This document shows, piece by piece, positions 18,000 to 18,678 of a stretch of 18,678 nt of DNA; within the stretch, counting starts at the first letter, position 1; each line of letters opens with the position of its first letter. The stretch is from Planctomycetota bacterium. Its GTDB lineage: Bacteria > Planctomycetota > GCA-002687715 > DRQF01. Location: NCBI GenBank assembly GCA_036479435.1, contig JAZGFI010000237.1, forward strand, positions 1 through 18,678, given 5' to 3'. Below the pieces are notes generated by a model. That model saw only the letters and a list, made by a program, of their open reading frames with translations, ran no database searches and was not told the origin of the DNA. A program made the translations under genes and the position numbers.

Positions 18000-18357
18000 A
18001 TGGCCACGCTCTTTGAGGCTTGTCCCAAGAGAATATTAGAGGACTTAGCGCTCATGTTTGCTCCGATGGCACCGTATGTCGCGGAAGAATTTTGGAGCCG
18101 ACCGGGACATGATGGTGGAATCAACCGAGTGGCATTCCCCCAAGCCGACGAGAAGTGGCTCGTGGACGACGAAGTCGAGGTGCCAGTTCAAGGTGAACGG
18201 GAAAGTTAAAGCAGGCCTCAAAGTCGATGTGGATATCAGCGAAGAGGACATTAAGAAGCTGGCGCTGGCCGACGAGGGGATTGCCGCCCTGATCGAGGGC
18301 AAGGAACTAAAGAAGTTCCTCTGCATCCCCAGTCGTATGGTGACGATCGCTGCCAAG
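18000..18357 (+). pseudogene. leuS: Frameshifted 3' fragment of leucyl-tRNA synthetase
   Basis: LMFAPMAPYVAEEFWSRPGH..FPQADEKWLVDDEVEVPVQ continues in another frame as VNGKVKAGLKV..EEDIKKLALADE..IEGKELKKFLCIPSRMVTIAAK. There is one extra base at about 18190-18193 (CAA-G-GTG), an upstream in-frame stop at 17976, and no catalytic domain. Confidence 0.85.
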
Positions 18358-18415
18358 AGACAACCTGCGGAAGCGCTATCGTTAGGTACCCAACTGGTAC
18401 CGTTCGTTAAGGCCC

Positions 18416-18649
18416 TCAGCCGCCGCTACCACGGACGACCTGCACTGAGGAAAAGAAGGCCACAAGTTTGGGCACGGAATATATCGCCGACATGAGCCCG
18501 GCGGCCCAGAGACCAGCAATAGTGAGGCGTTCCGTGTTGTCGAATGTGGCCTGAAACTTGGCGAGGTCTGTAGGGATCCTGCGAGCGACACCAACGGTGA
18601 ACGCGGTCGCAACTGCGAACATGATGAGTGAGGGTAAGGTAAATGTCAT
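18416..18649 (-). CDS. Small two-TM hypothetical membrane protein
   Basis: 77 aa with two hydrophobic helices (LIMFAVATAFTVGVA and LTIAGLWAAGLMSAIY). ATG 18649 follows AGAAAAGG. Confidence 0.5.
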   Translation of the reverse strand: MTFTLPSLIMFAVATAFTVGVARRIPTDLAKFQATFDNTERLTIAGLWAAGLMSAIYSVPKLVAFFSSVQVVRGSGG

Positions 18650-18678
18650 ACCTTTTCTTCGGACGCATGAATCCATAG

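Noticed and set aside
1..18678. CRISPR arrays, rRNA, tRNA, transposases or integrases, and the many short antisense ORFs
   Set aside because: I saw no periodic repeats or recognisable motifs. The short ORFs are shadows of real genes in GC-rich DNA.

Overview
GC-rich bacterial chromosomal window; a Planctomycetota-like origin is my inference from protein styles. It opens with the 3' end of a group II intron (IEP C-terminus, domains V and VI, ending AC at 126). The genes that follow are an S46 dipeptidyl-peptidase, a large membrane-anchored sulfatase-like protein, an unusual excisionase-type HTH + MORN/YwqK-repeat fusion, a rhomboid protease, a PilZ protein, a DUF420-like membrane protein, a DedA/YqaA-aminotransferase-HAD run and a stand-alone selB. 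Directly after selB lies an ORF-less, decayed 5' half (DI-DIII) of a second group II intron. Next comes a 948-aa secreted protein with a variant zincin motif (NExxH) and DxDxD repeats. The right end holds gene remnants: a histidine-kinase tail and a frameshifted leuS 3' fragment. All calls come from motif recognition by eye; no searches were run.
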